From contig CP182352.1 of NCBI GenBank assembly GCA_048571215.1, positions 2,688,001 through 2,752,000 on the forward strand: a stretch of 64,000 nucleotides of DNA. Direction: 5' to 3'. A model generated the notes under the pieces. That model ran no database searches, was not told where the DNA came from, and saw only the letters and a list, made by a program, of their open reading frames with translations. Source of the DNA: Halarcobacter sp. (lineage in GTDB: Bacteria > Campylobacterota > Campylobacteria > Campylobacterales > Arcobacteraceae). Of the stretch, positions 12,800-23,404 are shown in pieces. Made by a program: the position numbers and the translations under genes. Numbering within the stretch: the first letter of the stretch is position 1; every line of letters begins with the position of its first letter.

Positions 12800-13470
12800 T
12801 ACTTTAAAAACCCTTTTAACATAGCTACACCATCAGAACAACCTAAAACATCCTCCATCGCTCTTTCTGGATGTGGCATAAGTCCAAATACATTTTTATC
12901 TTTATTACAAATACCTGCTATATTTGCAACAGAACCATTTAAATTTTGTGTTTCCCCATTCTCATCACAATATTTTAAAAGTATTTGCCCATTTGCTTCT
13001 AGCTCTTTTAAACTCTCTTGGTCTATAAAATAGTTACCATCATGGTGAGCTACTGGGATATTTACAACTTCATCTTTTTTAAGTCTTGATAAAAAGATAT
13101 TATCGTTATTTATAACCTTTAGATGATTGAATTTAGAGATAAAATGTAAAGAATCATTTCTTTTCATAGCCCCAGGAAGAAGTCCTGCTTCTAAAAGGAT
13201 TTGAAAGCCATTACAAATTCCTAAAACTTTTCCACCATTTGCAGCATATGCTTGAACAGATTCCATTATATTTGCAAATCTTGCAATTGCCCCACTTCTT
13301 AAATAATCCCCATAAGAGAACCCACCAGGTATTACTAATAAATCAATATTTTCTGGTAATTTACTCTCTTTATGCCAAACAATTGTTACATCACAACCAA
13401 GCATCTCAAAAGCATACTTAGTATCATATTCACAATTTGTACCTGGAAATTGTAATACAGCTACATTCAT
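12799..13470 (-). CDS. purQ: FGAM synthase glutaminase subunit
   Basis: FPGTNC, PGGFSYGDYLRSG, GICNGFQIL, MPHPER. Confidence 0.97.
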   Translation of the reverse strand: MNVAVLQFPGTNCEYDTKYAFEMLGCDVTIVWHKESKLPENIDLLVIPGGFSYGDYLRSGAIARFANIMESVQAYAANGGKVLGICNGFQILLEAGLLPGAMKRNDSLHFISKFNHLKVINNDNIFLSRLKKDEVVNIPVAHHDGNYFIDQESLKELEANGQILLKYCDENGETQNLNGSVANIAGICNKDKNVFGLMPHPERAMEDVLGCSDGVAMLKGFLK

Positions 13471-13474
13471 ACTA

Positions 13475-13720
13475 CTAACCTACAATTTCTATATCATAAT
13501 CTTCAATAACAGTATTTGCTAAAAGTTTTTCACACATTTTAGTAACTTCTGCTCTTGCTTCCTCTTCATTAAGTGCATTAAGTTCCATAATGATTTGTTT
13601 CCCAACTCTTACATCTTTAATAATATCTTTAAATCCTAAAGTATCTAAAGCATGATGAGTTGCCTTACCTTGATCGTCTAATACACCCTTTTTTAATGCC
13701 ACATTAACAATTGCTTTCAT
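13475..13720 (-). CDS. purS: FGAM synthase subunit PurS
   Basis: LKKGVLDDQG, VRVGK, LLANTVIEDY. Confidence 0.95.
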   Translation of the reverse strand: MKAIVNVALKKGVLDDQGKATHHALDTLGFKDIIKDVRVGKQIIMELNALNEEEARAEVTKMCEKLLANTVIEDYDIEIVG

Positions 13721-13787
13721 TTATTCCCTTCAATTTATATTTTCGCGATTATATCTAAAACCACCTTTAGCAGTTTCAAAGTAAATA

Positions 13788-14741
13788 CTATTTGCTCAAT
13801 CTATTATAGATTGTGCTATACCCTTTTAAAATCTCATTTTTAATAGAATCTGGAACTTCTACATCTAGTTTTTCACCAGCTTTTAAATCTTTTGCTTTCT
13901 CTTTCCAGTTATTTTCTTTTGCAAAATTACGAAGAATTTGTTTATCCATTGAGATATAATTTTTTGCATCAAAATCCTCTTTTGCAATAAATCTTGAACT
14001 CTCAGGGGTTAAAACTTCATCACCAAGAACCCATTCACCTTTTGAGTTAACAAATATTTCAAATTTTGTATCTACTACTATAATCCCATTATCTTCAGCA
14101 TATTTAGTAAAATCTTTAAATAGTTTTTCCATACTTGAAATAATATCAGGAAATTTTTTTCTAACATTTGAAGAATTTAAAGGTTCATCTTTAATCCCTT
14201 TAGTTGTTGGAGTAAAAATTGGTGTATCAAATTTATGCCATTGTGATAAGTTATTAGCTAACTCTAAACCATAAGGATCATTTCCTTTTTGACAAGCTTC
14301 AAATAAAGACCCTGTTAGATAATTTCTAAAAATAAACTCAAATTGAACAAGATCTCCTTCAATTTCAGCTTCTAAGGGTTTGCATAATTCCATAACTTGA
14401 CATCTAGGTGCTATACTCAAAGATTCATCTATAGTTTCAGATAAAATAGCAGTTCTAATACCAGCTTTTTTTGCAAATTCTGCACCACTATTAGAAATAG
14501 CTGTTTGCCATACACCTTTTCCTTCAATCTCAAGATTTAATGGAATATCAAAAACAGAACATCTATCACTTCTTACTAATAAAACTTTCGCTTCATCTCC
14601 TGAGCAAGTATAAAGGTCTGCATTTTTTCCAATATAAAATAGATTATATCCCAACTCTTCTAGTTGAGATATACCTTTTTGTGTTGTAGTTTTTTTTGAT
14701 TGTGGCCAAAGTCCAAGTGCTACAATATCACTTATTTTCAT
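13788..14741 (-). CDS. purC: SAICAR synthase (long type)
   Basis: SDRCSVFD, RNYLTGS, FTPTTK, VDTKFE, DEVLTPESSRF, DKQILR; upstream of purS. Confidence 0.9.
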   Translation of the reverse strand: MKISDIVALGLWPQSKKTTTQKGISQLEELGYNLFYIGKNADLYTCSGDEAKVLLVRSDRCSVFDIPLNLEIEGKGVWQTAISNSGAEFAKKAGIRTAILSETIDESLSIAPRCQVMELCKPLEAEIEGDLVQFEFIFRNYLTGSLFEACQKGNDPYGLELANNLSQWHKFDTPIFTPTTKGIKDEPLNSSNVRKKFPDIISSMEKLFKDFTKYAEDNGIIVVDTKFEIFVNSKGEWVLGDEVLTPESSRFIAKEDFDAKNYISMDKQILRNFAKENNWKEKAKDLKAGEKLDVEVPDSIKNEILKGYSTIYNRLSK

Positions 14742-14753
14742 CTAATCTCCTAG

Positions 14754-16043
14754 CTATTTATTAATTATAATTAATGATTTTAAAATACCAATTGCAGTAT
14801 TTAATTGATTATCTTTTGCAATATCCTCTGCTTCTATAACTTTTTTATCTTTTACTTCAATCTTTTTCTTTTTCACTCCATTGTCTTTTTCAAGTTCAAC
14901 CTTTAAGTGTTTTTTTAAGTCAGCTTCTTTTATCTTAAACACATTATCATCTGCTGTTACACTTTCACCTGGATAAGCAATAACATCAGGAGTTATTCCT
15001 GTAGCTTGGATTGTTCTTCCACTTGGAAGATAATACTTTGCAATAGTTAATTTAATATTTTCACTTCTATCTTGGGTTATAGGAAGTACTGCTTGTACTG
15101 AACCCTTACCAAAAGTTTTTTCACCAACTATAATTGCTCTTTTATGGTCTTGTAATGCCCCACTTACAATCTCAGAAGCTGAAGCAGAACCACCATTTAC
15201 TAATACAACCATTGGTACTTTTGAGATTGTAGTTGTTGTTTTTGCATCAAACTTTTCTTCATCAGCAGCATCTCTTCCCTTTTGAGAAACAATCACTCCA
15301 CTATCAACAAAAAGATCAACGGTTCCAATTGCTTGTGTTAATAATCCACCTGGATTATTTCTTAAGTCTAAAATTATTCCATCAATTTTAGGATTGTCTT
15401 TTAATGCTTTTCTTAAGTCTCTTGTAACTTTTCTATCAAAACTTGAAACTCTTAAATAAAGTAAGTTTTCATTTTCTATAATTTTTGCAAAAACCGAATC
15501 GATTTTGATTATATCTCTAATAATATCTATTTTAATAGGTTTATTTTCCCCTTTTCTTACAACTGTAAGTTCAATTGGAGTTTTAGGTTTACCTCTCATC
15601 AAAGATACTGCCTCATCAAGTGTCATATTTAATGTTGATACATTATCAATTTTTAAGATTATATCACCCGCTTTCATACCCGCTTTAAATGCAGGAGTAC
15701 CATCAATTGGTGATATAACAGTGATAGCACCATCTCTCATACCAACAGTGATTCCAAGTCCACCAAATTCACCTTGAGTTTGTATACTCATCTCTTTTGT
15801 TGATTTTTTATCTAAGTAAGTTGAATGGGCATCAAGCTCTTGCATTAAACCCTTTAATGCTTTGTCTACTATTTGTTCTAAGTCGATATCATCAACATAA
15901 TATTTTTCTACTGTACCAATAACCTGAGTTAACTTTGACAAAGATTCAAATCTACTTAGGTTTTTATCTTTTTCAGTCTCTTTTGCTGTAATTGATTGTG
16001 ATAGAAATAAAACTAAAGTTGAAATTAGTAAAAATTTATTCAT
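14754..16043 (-). CDS. ctpA: S41 carboxyl-terminal protease
   Basis: PDZ GGLGI, DLRNNPGG, SASASEIVSGALQD, TFGKGSVQ. Confidence 0.93.
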   Translation of the reverse strand: MNKFLLISTLVLFLSQSITAKETEKDKNLSRFESLSKLTQVIGTVEKYYVDDIDLEQIVDKALKGLMQELDAHSTYLDKKSTKEMSIQTQGEFGGLGITVGMRDGAITVISPIDGTPAFKAGMKAGDIILKIDNVSTLNMTLDEAVSLMRGKPKTPIELTVVRKGENKPIKIDIIRDIIKIDSVFAKIIENENLLYLRVSSFDRKVTRDLRKALKDNPKIDGIILDLRNNPGGLLTQAIGTVDLFVDSGVIVSQKGRDAADEEKFDAKTTTTISKVPMVVLVNGGSASASEIVSGALQDHKRAIIVGEKTFGKGSVQAVLPITQDRSENIKLTIAKYYLPSGRTIQATGITPDVIAYPGESVTADDNVFKIKEADLKKHLKVELEKDNGVKKKKIEVKDKKVIEAEDIAKDNQLNTAIGILKSLIIINK

Positions 16044-16160
16044 TATCTACCTTTATTTGTTTGTTTATTAAGAGCAAGTATTATATAAAAGTTTATATAA
16101 AAGTAAGATTTTATCATTTTTTTTGTATTATTTAACCTTAAATTTTAGGGAAGGTTTTAT

Positions 16161-16730
16161 ATGAGTCTTAAAGAGAACGTAGATTATGTAAAAGATGAAT
16201 TAAGTAGTGAAGAGAAATTTTTAGAGAGTTTTGTAAAAGTTGAAAGATTTTATAAAAAAAATAAATTAATAGTATTGCTTGCAATTGTCATAATTGTTTC
16301 AATAGTTGCTGGAACTTATATTGCAAAAAGCATTCAAGCCAATCAAAAATATGAAGCTAACATTGCTTTTAATAAAGTTTTAGAAAATCCAAAAGATGCC
16401 CAGGCATTAAAAACATTAAAAGAAAATGATGAGAAACTATACGACTTAGCTAAATATATTCAAGATAAAAATTATAATACAAATATTAAATATCTAAAAG
16501 AATTAGTTGAGTATAAAAAAGCCTTAGAAAAAAACAATATAGAAAAACTAAATACACTATCTATGCAAAATGATTTTTTATTAAAAGATTTTGCCATATT
16601 TAACAAAGCCTTAATACTTACAAATGAGGGGAAATATGAGGATGCAAAAACTGCTCTTAGATTAATCCCTGAAAGTTCAAAAGTAAATGACTTGGCAAAT
16701 GTACTAAAACACTATCTTGTTACTAAATAG
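16161..16730 (+). CDS. Single-TM protein with TPR-like helical domain
   Basis: ERFYKKNK then TM helix, helical C-terminus (NEGKYEDAKTAL). Confidence 0.6.
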   Translation: MSLKENVDYVKDELSSEEKFLESFVKVERFYKKNKLIVLLAIVIIVSIVAGTYIAKSIQANQKYEANIAFNKVLENPKDAQALKTLKENDEKLYDLAKYIQDKNYNTNIKYLKELVEYKKALEKNNIEKLNTLSMQNDFLLKDFAIFNKALILTNEGKYEDAKTALRLIPESSKVNDLANVLKHYLVTK

Positions 16731-16742
16731 TAAGGAAACCTT

Positions 16743-17717
16743 ATGAAATATATATTAAATTTAATCTTAGCTATTTTTATTTTAGCTGGATGTGCTGGAA
16801 AAGAGTTTTATGAACCAGAAGATACAGTTGGAAGTTATGATAATACAACAGAATACTTAAATGGTGATATTGTTTCTATGAATAAAGATGGGGCAACCTT
16901 AGATAATGGAGAAATTATTACAAAAAGAGGTGTTTCAAAATTCACTATAGCAGAGGGATTTAACTTTTTAAATATTAGTGAAAATAAAGTTATAACATCT
17001 AACTATAAAGATAAAGTTATGATTGAGGATAAAGTTTTTGATGTAAATGGAGTTGTTGTAGCAGCAACACTTCAAAAAAATATGTTAGCTCTTCTTTTTT
17101 CAGATAACTCAATTCAACTTTTTAATACAGATACTAAAAAAATCTTATTAAAAGAGTATTTTTCCCACTCATTTGTAAATGATACAAGAATAGCAAATCC
17201 ATATTTTATGAGTAATATTATTCTTTTCCCTACATTAGATGGTAAAATAGTTATTGTTTCACAAGCGAATAACCAAATCATAAAAAATATTGTTGTTGAT
17301 GCAGATGGACAATTCAACAATATTATCTTTTTAGATGTTGTAGATGACACACTAATAGCTGCAACATCTAATAAAATTATCACTGTTGGTAATGATTCTT
17401 TAAATATAAAAGATTACAGTTTAAGAGATATAATTGTTCATAACAACACTATTTTTATAGCTACCATTGATGGTCAAATAATAAAACTTGATATTGCACT
17501 TAATGAACTAGCTAAGAGAAAATATAAGTTTGCAAAAATTTATGCCTTGGCATATGGAACCTCTTTGTATGCTTTAGAATCACAAGAGTATTTAATAAAT
17601 TTGTCTGATGATTTTAAAACTGAAAAAATATATGATTTTAGTTTCGACAATGAAGAAAAAGTAATAGCTCTTGGAGATACAATATATTATAATGATGAGT
17701 ATGTTATTTTAAAATAA
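16743..17717 (+). CDS. Lipoprotein, probably beta-propeller
   Basis: Lipobox LAGC; beta-rich repeats (FPTLDGKIV, IATIDGQII). Confidence 0.6.
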   Translation: MKYILNLILAIFILAGCAGKEFYEPEDTVGSYDNTTEYLNGDIVSMNKDGATLDNGEIITKRGVSKFTIAEGFNFLNISENKVITSNYKDKVMIEDKVFDVNGVVVAATLQKNMLALLFSDNSIQLFNTDTKKILLKEYFSHSFVNDTRIANPYFMSNIILFPTLDGKIVIVSQANNQIIKNIVVDADGQFNNIIFLDVVDDTLIAATSNKIITVGNDSLNIKDYSLRDIIVHNNTIFIATIDGQIIKLDIALNELAKRKYKFAKIYALAYGTSLYALESQEYLINLSDDFKTEKIYDFSFDNEEKVIALGDTIYYNDEYVILK

Positions 17718-17812
17718 CACTCATCATAATAATACCCATTATAAAAATCAAGCTATATAAAAATAATAAAACAAATCCCATAAATAAATCTTTTTTTAGA
17801 TAAAATACCTCT

Positions 17813-19915
17813 ATGAATTTCAAAAGAATCTTAAAATATATTGCACTTGTCCTAATTTTATTTGTTCCCACTTTTTTTACAATAGACTATGTTTTAAGTT
17901 CAAAAATCGATTCTTTGAGAAATAATAAATATACAGCTGTTTCTAAAAACTTAAAAAATCTTACTCACCAACTTATTGATGTAAAAAGTTATGCAACACT
18001 CAATATTGCAATTGCTTTATCTGAAAATAATTCATATAAAAAATTCCTTTTAGGTGATAAAACAGAAGTTTTAAACCTAAAAGAGATCTCACTAAAAACC
18101 AAAAACAATAGTAACTTTAAAAATATTTGGATTCACCTTGTAGATGCAAATGGAATAAGCCAATATAGAAGCTGGACAAAAAAAAGGGGAGATTCTCTTT
18201 TAAAGGTAAGAAAGGAGTTGATTCCTTTACTTAAAAAACCAAAAATCACTTCTGTAATAAGTGTTGGTATTTTTGATCTAACATTTAAAAGTATTGTTCC
18301 TATTTACAATCAAGATAAGTTTTTAGGTTTTATTGAAGTGATTACAAAAATTAATTCTATTGCTAGAAAACTTAAAGAGGATGGGATAGATTTAGTTGTC
18401 TTAGTTGACAAAAAATATAAACAACAGATAAAAAAACCATTTACAAAACTCTTTATTGATAATTATTATGTGGCAAATACAAATACAAGATCTGACTTAA
18501 GAGATATCGTCAAAAAAGATATAGATAAATTTATATCTAAAAAAGAGTACCATATTATAAATGATAAGTATTTTACTACAACCTTATTTTTAAATGATTT
18601 CAACAACAAAGAGATGGCTTATATAATTATATTTAAAGATTATAAATCTTTATATTTGGATGGCATAAATGATTTTGAACAATTTATTAAAATTATTGGT
18701 ATCTTAATTACAATAACTATAATAGCTTTATTTAGTACCTATTACTATTTTAATAAATCAAAATATACAAGAAAATTGGAAGAAAAAGTAAAACAAAGAA
18801 CTAAAGAATTAGATATCTCCATCAAAAAATATAAACAAATATTTGAAGGTTCAAAGGCTATAAAAATATTAGTAGATCCTGATACACTTGAAATTTTTGA
18901 TGCAAATAAAGCAGCCTTAGAGTTTTATGGTTACACAAAAGAACAAATGAAAAAACTAAAATCTACTGATATAAATATTTCAATAAACAAAGATAGTAAA
19001 GTTTTCTGCCAAATTTTAAATAATGAAAAAAATATTTTTATATTTAAACATAAATTATCAAATAAACAGATCAAAGATGTAGAGGTTTACTCTTCTGCAA
19101 TTGATATAAACAATAAAAAGTATATTTATTCTATAATTAGAGATATAACAGAGAGCCTAAAAATAAAAAAAGATTATGAAGATAAACAAAAGTTATTTTA
19201 CCAACAAGCAAAAATGGCTTCTATGGGAGAGATGCTTGAAAATATTGCCCACCAATGGAGACAGCCATTATCTACTATAACAACAGCTAGTTCTGGGATT
19301 AAAATAAAAAAAGAGTTTGACTCTTTAGATGATGTATTTTTTAATGATTCCTTAGACATTATTCTAAAATCTGCAAATTTTTTATCACAAACAATAGAAG
19401 ATTTTAGAAACTTTTTTAAACATAGTGAGATTATTGAAGAATTTAGTACTATTGATGTTTTAGAAGATAGTTTAAATATTTTAAAACTAAAACTTCAATC
19501 TAATAATATCAAAGTAGATATACAAAATAAAACTCAAGAAAAACTACAAGGTTATAAAAATGAACTTATTCAAGTATTTCTAAATATTCTAAATAATAGT
19601 GTAGATGCCTTTAAAACAAGCGATGTAGAAAACAAATTGATTCAAATAATAATATATACAAAAAACAATTATATTTGTATTGATATTCAAGACAATGCAA
19701 GTGGAATTGATGAAGAAATTATTGAAAAAATATTTGAACCATATTTCACAACAAAACACAAATCTCAGGGGACAGGGATTGGCTTATATATGAGTGAACA
19801 AATTATTGAAAAGCATTTTGATGGCAAAATAATTGTAAAAAACTCTAATTTTCAATGTAACTCTAAAGAGTTTTATGGAGCTAATTTTAAAATCTTACTC
19901 CCTTTAAATGTCTAA
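17813..19915 (+). CDS. Sensor histidine kinase (Cache-like, PAS, HisKA, HATPase)
   Basis: Two TM helices, PAS (DANKAALEFYGY), ENIAHQWRQPL, EPYFTTK, GTGIGLY. Confidence 0.92.
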   Translation: MNFKRILKYIALVLILFVPTFFTIDYVLSSKIDSLRNNKYTAVSKNLKNLTHQLIDVKSYATLNIAIALSENNSYKKFLLGDKTEVLNLKEISLKTKNNSNFKNIWIHLVDANGISQYRSWTKKRGDSLLKVRKELIPLLKKPKITSVISVGIFDLTFKSIVPIYNQDKFLGFIEVITKINSIARKLKEDGIDLVVLVDKKYKQQIKKPFTKLFIDNYYVANTNTRSDLRDIVKKDIDKFISKKEYHIINDKYFTTTLFLNDFNNKEMAYIIIFKDYKSLYLDGINDFEQFIKIIGILITITIIALFSTYYYFNKSKYTRKLEEKVKQRTKELDISIKKYKQIFEGSKAIKILVDPDTLEIFDANKAALEFYGYTKEQMKKLKSTDINISINKDSKVFCQILNNEKNIFIFKHKLSNKQIKDVEVYSSAIDINNKKYIYSIIRDITESLKIKKDYEDKQKLFYQQAKMASMGEMLENIAHQWRQPLSTITTASSGIKIKKEFDSLDDVFFNDSLDIILKSANFLSQTIEDFRNFFKHSEIIEEFSTIDVLEDSLNILKLKLQSNNIKVDIQNKTQEKLQGYKNELIQVFLNILNNSVDAFKTSDVENKLIQIIIYTKNNYICIDIQDNASGIDEEIIEKIFEPYFTTKHKSQGTGIGLYMSEQIIEKHFDGKIIVKNSNFQCNSKEFYGANFKILLPLNV

Positions 19916-19917
19916 AA

Positions 19918-21393
19918 TTAAATATGCGTTTTTCTAATAACCTTATTTCTACCATTCTTTTTAGCTTCATACAATAATAAATCAGCATTATGTAGTATTC
20001 CATCTATTGTTTGATTGCTATTTTCTTTAAATGCAACTCCAACTGAAATTGTAAAATTAATGCTATTATCATCAACTTTAATAGTTGTTTGGGAACATTT
20101 TTTTCGTATTTGTTCAGCAAATTCATAAACAAAATCACTATCTTTGTCATATATTGTTATACAAAACTCCTCCCCACCTATTCTTCCAAAGACCATCTCT
20201 TCAGTAATAAAAGCATTTACAGTTTCTGCAAATTTTATTAAAACCTTATCCCCTACTGCATGGCTATACATATCATTTATTTTTTTAAAATGGTCTATAT
20301 CTATAATTATTATTGCAAACTTTGAATAACTCTTATTTGATTCTTTTAAAAGATAAATACTTTTTGAAAAAAAGCTTGCTCTATTTTTTATATTGGTTAA
20401 AGAATCAATATTTGCTAATTTAAATAAAGCTCTATTTTTAGTTTTTAGAGTTTTATATGCTTTATTTAATTGTCTAGTTCTTTTTATAATTTTTCTATTT
20501 AAACTTCTATTCTGATTTATTATCAATTTTTGATTTTGATAAACTACAATAAAAATAAGCAAAAATATAAAGCTACCTATTATATTAAATAAAGTAATTG
20601 CACTTTTCCCTTTACTTACAATAAAATCTTTATTTGAAGCTTGAATAGTAAATAAAAACTTTTTATTGGAATCATATATACCAATATAGTTTATAATCTT
20701 ATCTGATAAAATCTCATAAGATATCAAAATGTCAGTTAATTCTTGCAAAGGAGTTTTGATAATATTATTTTTTATTATCTTATTATTATTTATTTTAATT
20801 GTATTAAATAAAGTATTATGTTCTAAAAATAAATTCTCTTGGTTTAGAAACTTTATTGATATTAAATAACCATTTATATCACTTTTTGCATCACTTTTCA
20901 TAATAGGATGTTTAACTAGATAAAAAGCTTGTTTTTTATATTTGAAGATGGTACTTATTTTTTTATTATTTTCAAATCTTTTTATAATAAATTTTTCAAA
21001 CTCTTTTTTATTTTCAAAATGGGACAAGCTATTATATGTAGAAAAAACTACACTATTCTTCAGGTTTATAAATATAAGTGCATCTATTTGTAAATCCTCT
21101 AAGGTATTACTTCCATCCCTAAAGTTTTCATAAAGATACTCGCTGTTAGCATCTTTTATAAACTTATATGTATCATCCCAAACACTATAGTCTTTTGTTA
21201 TATTATTAAGATTAATTAAGGTTTTATCTAAACTCTTAAGAAATGTGCTAATATTATTTTTATTTAATTTTTCCTCAAGATTTATAAAATCACTTATAAA
21301 AAACCTATAACTTAGAAAGGTAAATAGTATAATTGATAAAATATAAACTACCATAAAAAATAGTAGATTAACTCTTAAGCTATTGAGTTTCAT
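19918..21393 (-). CDS. Diguanylate cyclase with CHASE4-like sensor
   Basis: DYSVWDDTYKF sensor motif; DIDHFKKIND, RIGGEEF intact. Confidence 0.9.
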   Translation of the reverse strand: MKLNSLRVNLLFFMVVYILSIILFTFLSYRFFISDFINLEEKLNKNNISTFLKSLDKTLINLNNITKDYSVWDDTYKFIKDANSEYLYENFRDGSNTLEDLQIDALIFINLKNSVVFSTYNSLSHFENKKEFEKFIIKRFENNKKISTIFKYKKQAFYLVKHPIMKSDAKSDINGYLISIKFLNQENLFLEHNTLFNTIKINNNKIIKNNIIKTPLQELTDILISYEILSDKIINYIGIYDSNKKFLFTIQASNKDFIVSKGKSAITLFNIIGSFIFLLIFIVVYQNQKLIINQNRSLNRKIIKRTRQLNKAYKTLKTKNRALFKLANIDSLTNIKNRASFFSKSIYLLKESNKSYSKFAIIIIDIDHFKKINDMYSHAVGDKVLIKFAETVNAFITEEMVFGRIGGEEFCITIYDKDSDFVYEFAEQIRKKCSQTTIKVDDNSINFTISVGVAFKENSNQTIDGILHNADLLLYEAKKNGRNKVIRKTHI

Positions 21394-21494
21394 AAAAATA
21401 TAGACCTACTTATTCGAATTTATATATTGTAGCAGTTTTTTAAAATTTTTTCATTAAGATTAAAATTATATTAAGATTATTATATTTATGTAAT

Positions 21495-22496
21495 TTAAAC
21501 CTTTAAATTTCTATTTGCAATATTTTCTATTAATACAGTTGCATAAGAGCCCTTAGGTAAAGAGAATTTTAATTTACATTTTTTACTATTTTTATCATAA
21601 TTTACATCTATATCTTTTGGATAAACTAAAGCATCTCGTCTAAACCCTTTTTCTTGTATATATGTATCATCATATTTTTTTTCGATTTCTCTTGCTTCAT
21701 ACATACTTCTAAATGCTTTTCTACCAGGAAGTAATCCTGTGGGTACTATTTTTTTATCTATAAAATCTTTTTCCATCTGTTGTGTTAAATTTTTTGGTGT
21801 AAAATATTTATCAGTTGAATAAACTTTAAATACATCTCCATTTAAAATATTAAAAGACTGCTTTGATAAATTTAGTCTTTCAACTAACCATTTATTAAAA
21901 AAATCACTTTGATATTGAGATATCAACATCTTTGAAACTTTTTTATCTTTGATAATCAAATCTTCATAGATATATTTTCTAGCCTTTTCTAGATTTTCTT
22001 TTCCATCATATCCAAATCTTTGAAAACCAAAATAGTTTGGCATCCCAATTTTTTCTATTTGTGATAATATTTTCTCTATTTTACCAACATCTTCAAAATT
22101 TACATCATGTAAATTTATCTCAAATCTATTTCCCTTTAGATCACCTATATTAAGTTTAGCTCCATGTAAAGTAGTATCAAGAATCTCTATTTTATTATGT
22201 TTAAAATTTTTTAAATCTTTTGAATATTTCTTTGGGATAGAGATATATTGTGTTGTTGTCGCATTTTTATCTTTTAATCCAGCATATCCTAACTCATTTT
22301 CATATATTCGTAAACCTTTAGAAAGTTTTTCTAATAAATCCCAAGTTCCAAGACCTTTTTTCCTAATCTTTGCAATTATGAAGTTTCCACGACCTGCAAA
22401 CTTTAATGGTAATTCTTCAACTATAAAATCATCAATATTTTGATAAAACTTAAAGTTTAAAGTTTTATGTTTTTGTAAAAATTCTCTTTTTATCAT
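21495..22496 (-). CDS. truD: tRNA pseudouridine(13) synthase
   Basis: DFIVEE, GYAGLKDKNATTTQ, NYFGFQRFG, LPKGSYAT. Confidence 0.94.
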   Translation of the reverse strand: MIKREFLQKHKTLNFKFYQNIDDFIVEELPLKFAGRGNFIIAKIRKKGLGTWDLLEKLSKGLRIYENELGYAGLKDKNATTTQYISIPKKYSKDLKNFKHNKIEILDTTLHGAKLNIGDLKGNRFEINLHDVNFEDVGKIEKILSQIEKIGMPNYFGFQRFGYDGKENLEKARKYIYEDLIIKDKKVSKMLISQYQSDFFNKWLVERLNLSKQSFNILNGDVFKVYSTDKYFTPKNLTQQMEKDFIDKKIVPTGLLPGRKAFRSMYEAREIEKKYDDTYIQEKGFRRDALVYPKDIDVNYDKNSKKCKLKFSLPKGSYATVLIENIANRNLKV

Positions 22497-22557
22497 ATAT
22501 ATATCTTTTTTAAATTTTTTGTATTATATAATCTTTTATCACTTAAAAGGCTTTATC

Positions 22558-22905
22558 ATGAATATGGAAAAAATACAAGATATTATAAAAGAGTTCTCAA
22601 CCCAAAGGGATTGGGAGAAGTTCCACAACCCCAAAAATCTAGCAATGGCACTAAGCGTCGAAAGCTCTGAGCTTTTAGAGATTTTTCAATGGCTTACTTT
22701 AGAACAATCTGCAAATTTACAAGGGGAGAAAAAAGAGCATGCAAAACAAGAAATAGCTGATATTGCAGTTTATCTAATCCGTATATGTATGCATTTTGAT
22801 ATAGATTTAGAAGAAGCAATTGTAGAAAAAATGAAACTAAATGAAAAAAAATATCCCTTATTTGATGAAGATGGAATAAAAATAGAGTATGGAAAAAAGA
22901 AATAA
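22558..22905 (+). CDS. MazG-like nucleotide pyrophosphohydrolase (DCTPP1/RS21-C6 type)
   Basis: RDWEKFHNPKNLAMALSVESSELLEIFQW, EIADIAVYL, KMKLNEKKYP; start moved to ATG 22558 after AAAGG RBS. Confidence 0.88.
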   Translation: MNMEKIQDIIKEFSTQRDWEKFHNPKNLAMALSVESSELLEIFQWLTLEQSANLQGEKKEHAKQEIADIAVYLIRICMHFDIDLEEAIVEKMKLNEKKYPLFDEDGIKIEYGKKK

Positions 22906-22906
22906 A

Positions 22907-23404
22907 ATGCAAAAAATATATATTGCAGGTCCTGATGTTTTTGAAAAAGACTCTATAGAGATAGGAAAAGAGTATTGTAAACTTTGTGAAAAGTATGGCT
23001 TCAAAGGTTTATACCCACTTGATAATGTAATTAATTTCAATCAAAACAAACAAAAAATAGCTCAAGATATATTTATAGCAAATAAAAACCTAATCGAAGA
23101 GTGTGATATAGTTATAGCAAATCTAAACTCCTTTAGGGGCAAAGAGAGTGATAGTGGTACAGTATGGGAATGTGGCTATGCACTTGCTTTAGGAAAAAAA
23201 GTTTATGCTTATCTATCAAGAGATGGTAATTATATAGATCAGTTTTCAAAAGATGAAATAGTTTTAGAAAATGGACTTGCCTATGATTTAGATGGTAAAG
23301 CTATTGAAGATTTTGATTACCCTTTAAATCTTATGTTATCTTGTTCAATTGAAAAAATAGTTGTTGGTGATTTTGAAGATGTTTTAAAAACCATCAAATT
23401 ATAA
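22907..23404 (+). CDS. Nucleoside 2-deoxyribosyltransferase / nucleotide N-glycosidase family protein
   Basis: IYIAGPDVF, CDIVIANL, DSGTVWECGYA, NLML; ATG 1 nt after the MazG-like stop. Confidence 0.88.
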   Translation: MQKIYIAGPDVFEKDSIEIGKEYCKLCEKYGFKGLYPLDNVINFNQNKQKIAQDIFIANKNLIEECDIVIANLNSFRGKESDSGTVWECGYALALGKKVYAYLSRDGNYIDQFSKDEIVLENGLAYDLDGKAIEDFDYPLNLMLSCSIEKIVVGDFEDVLKTIKL

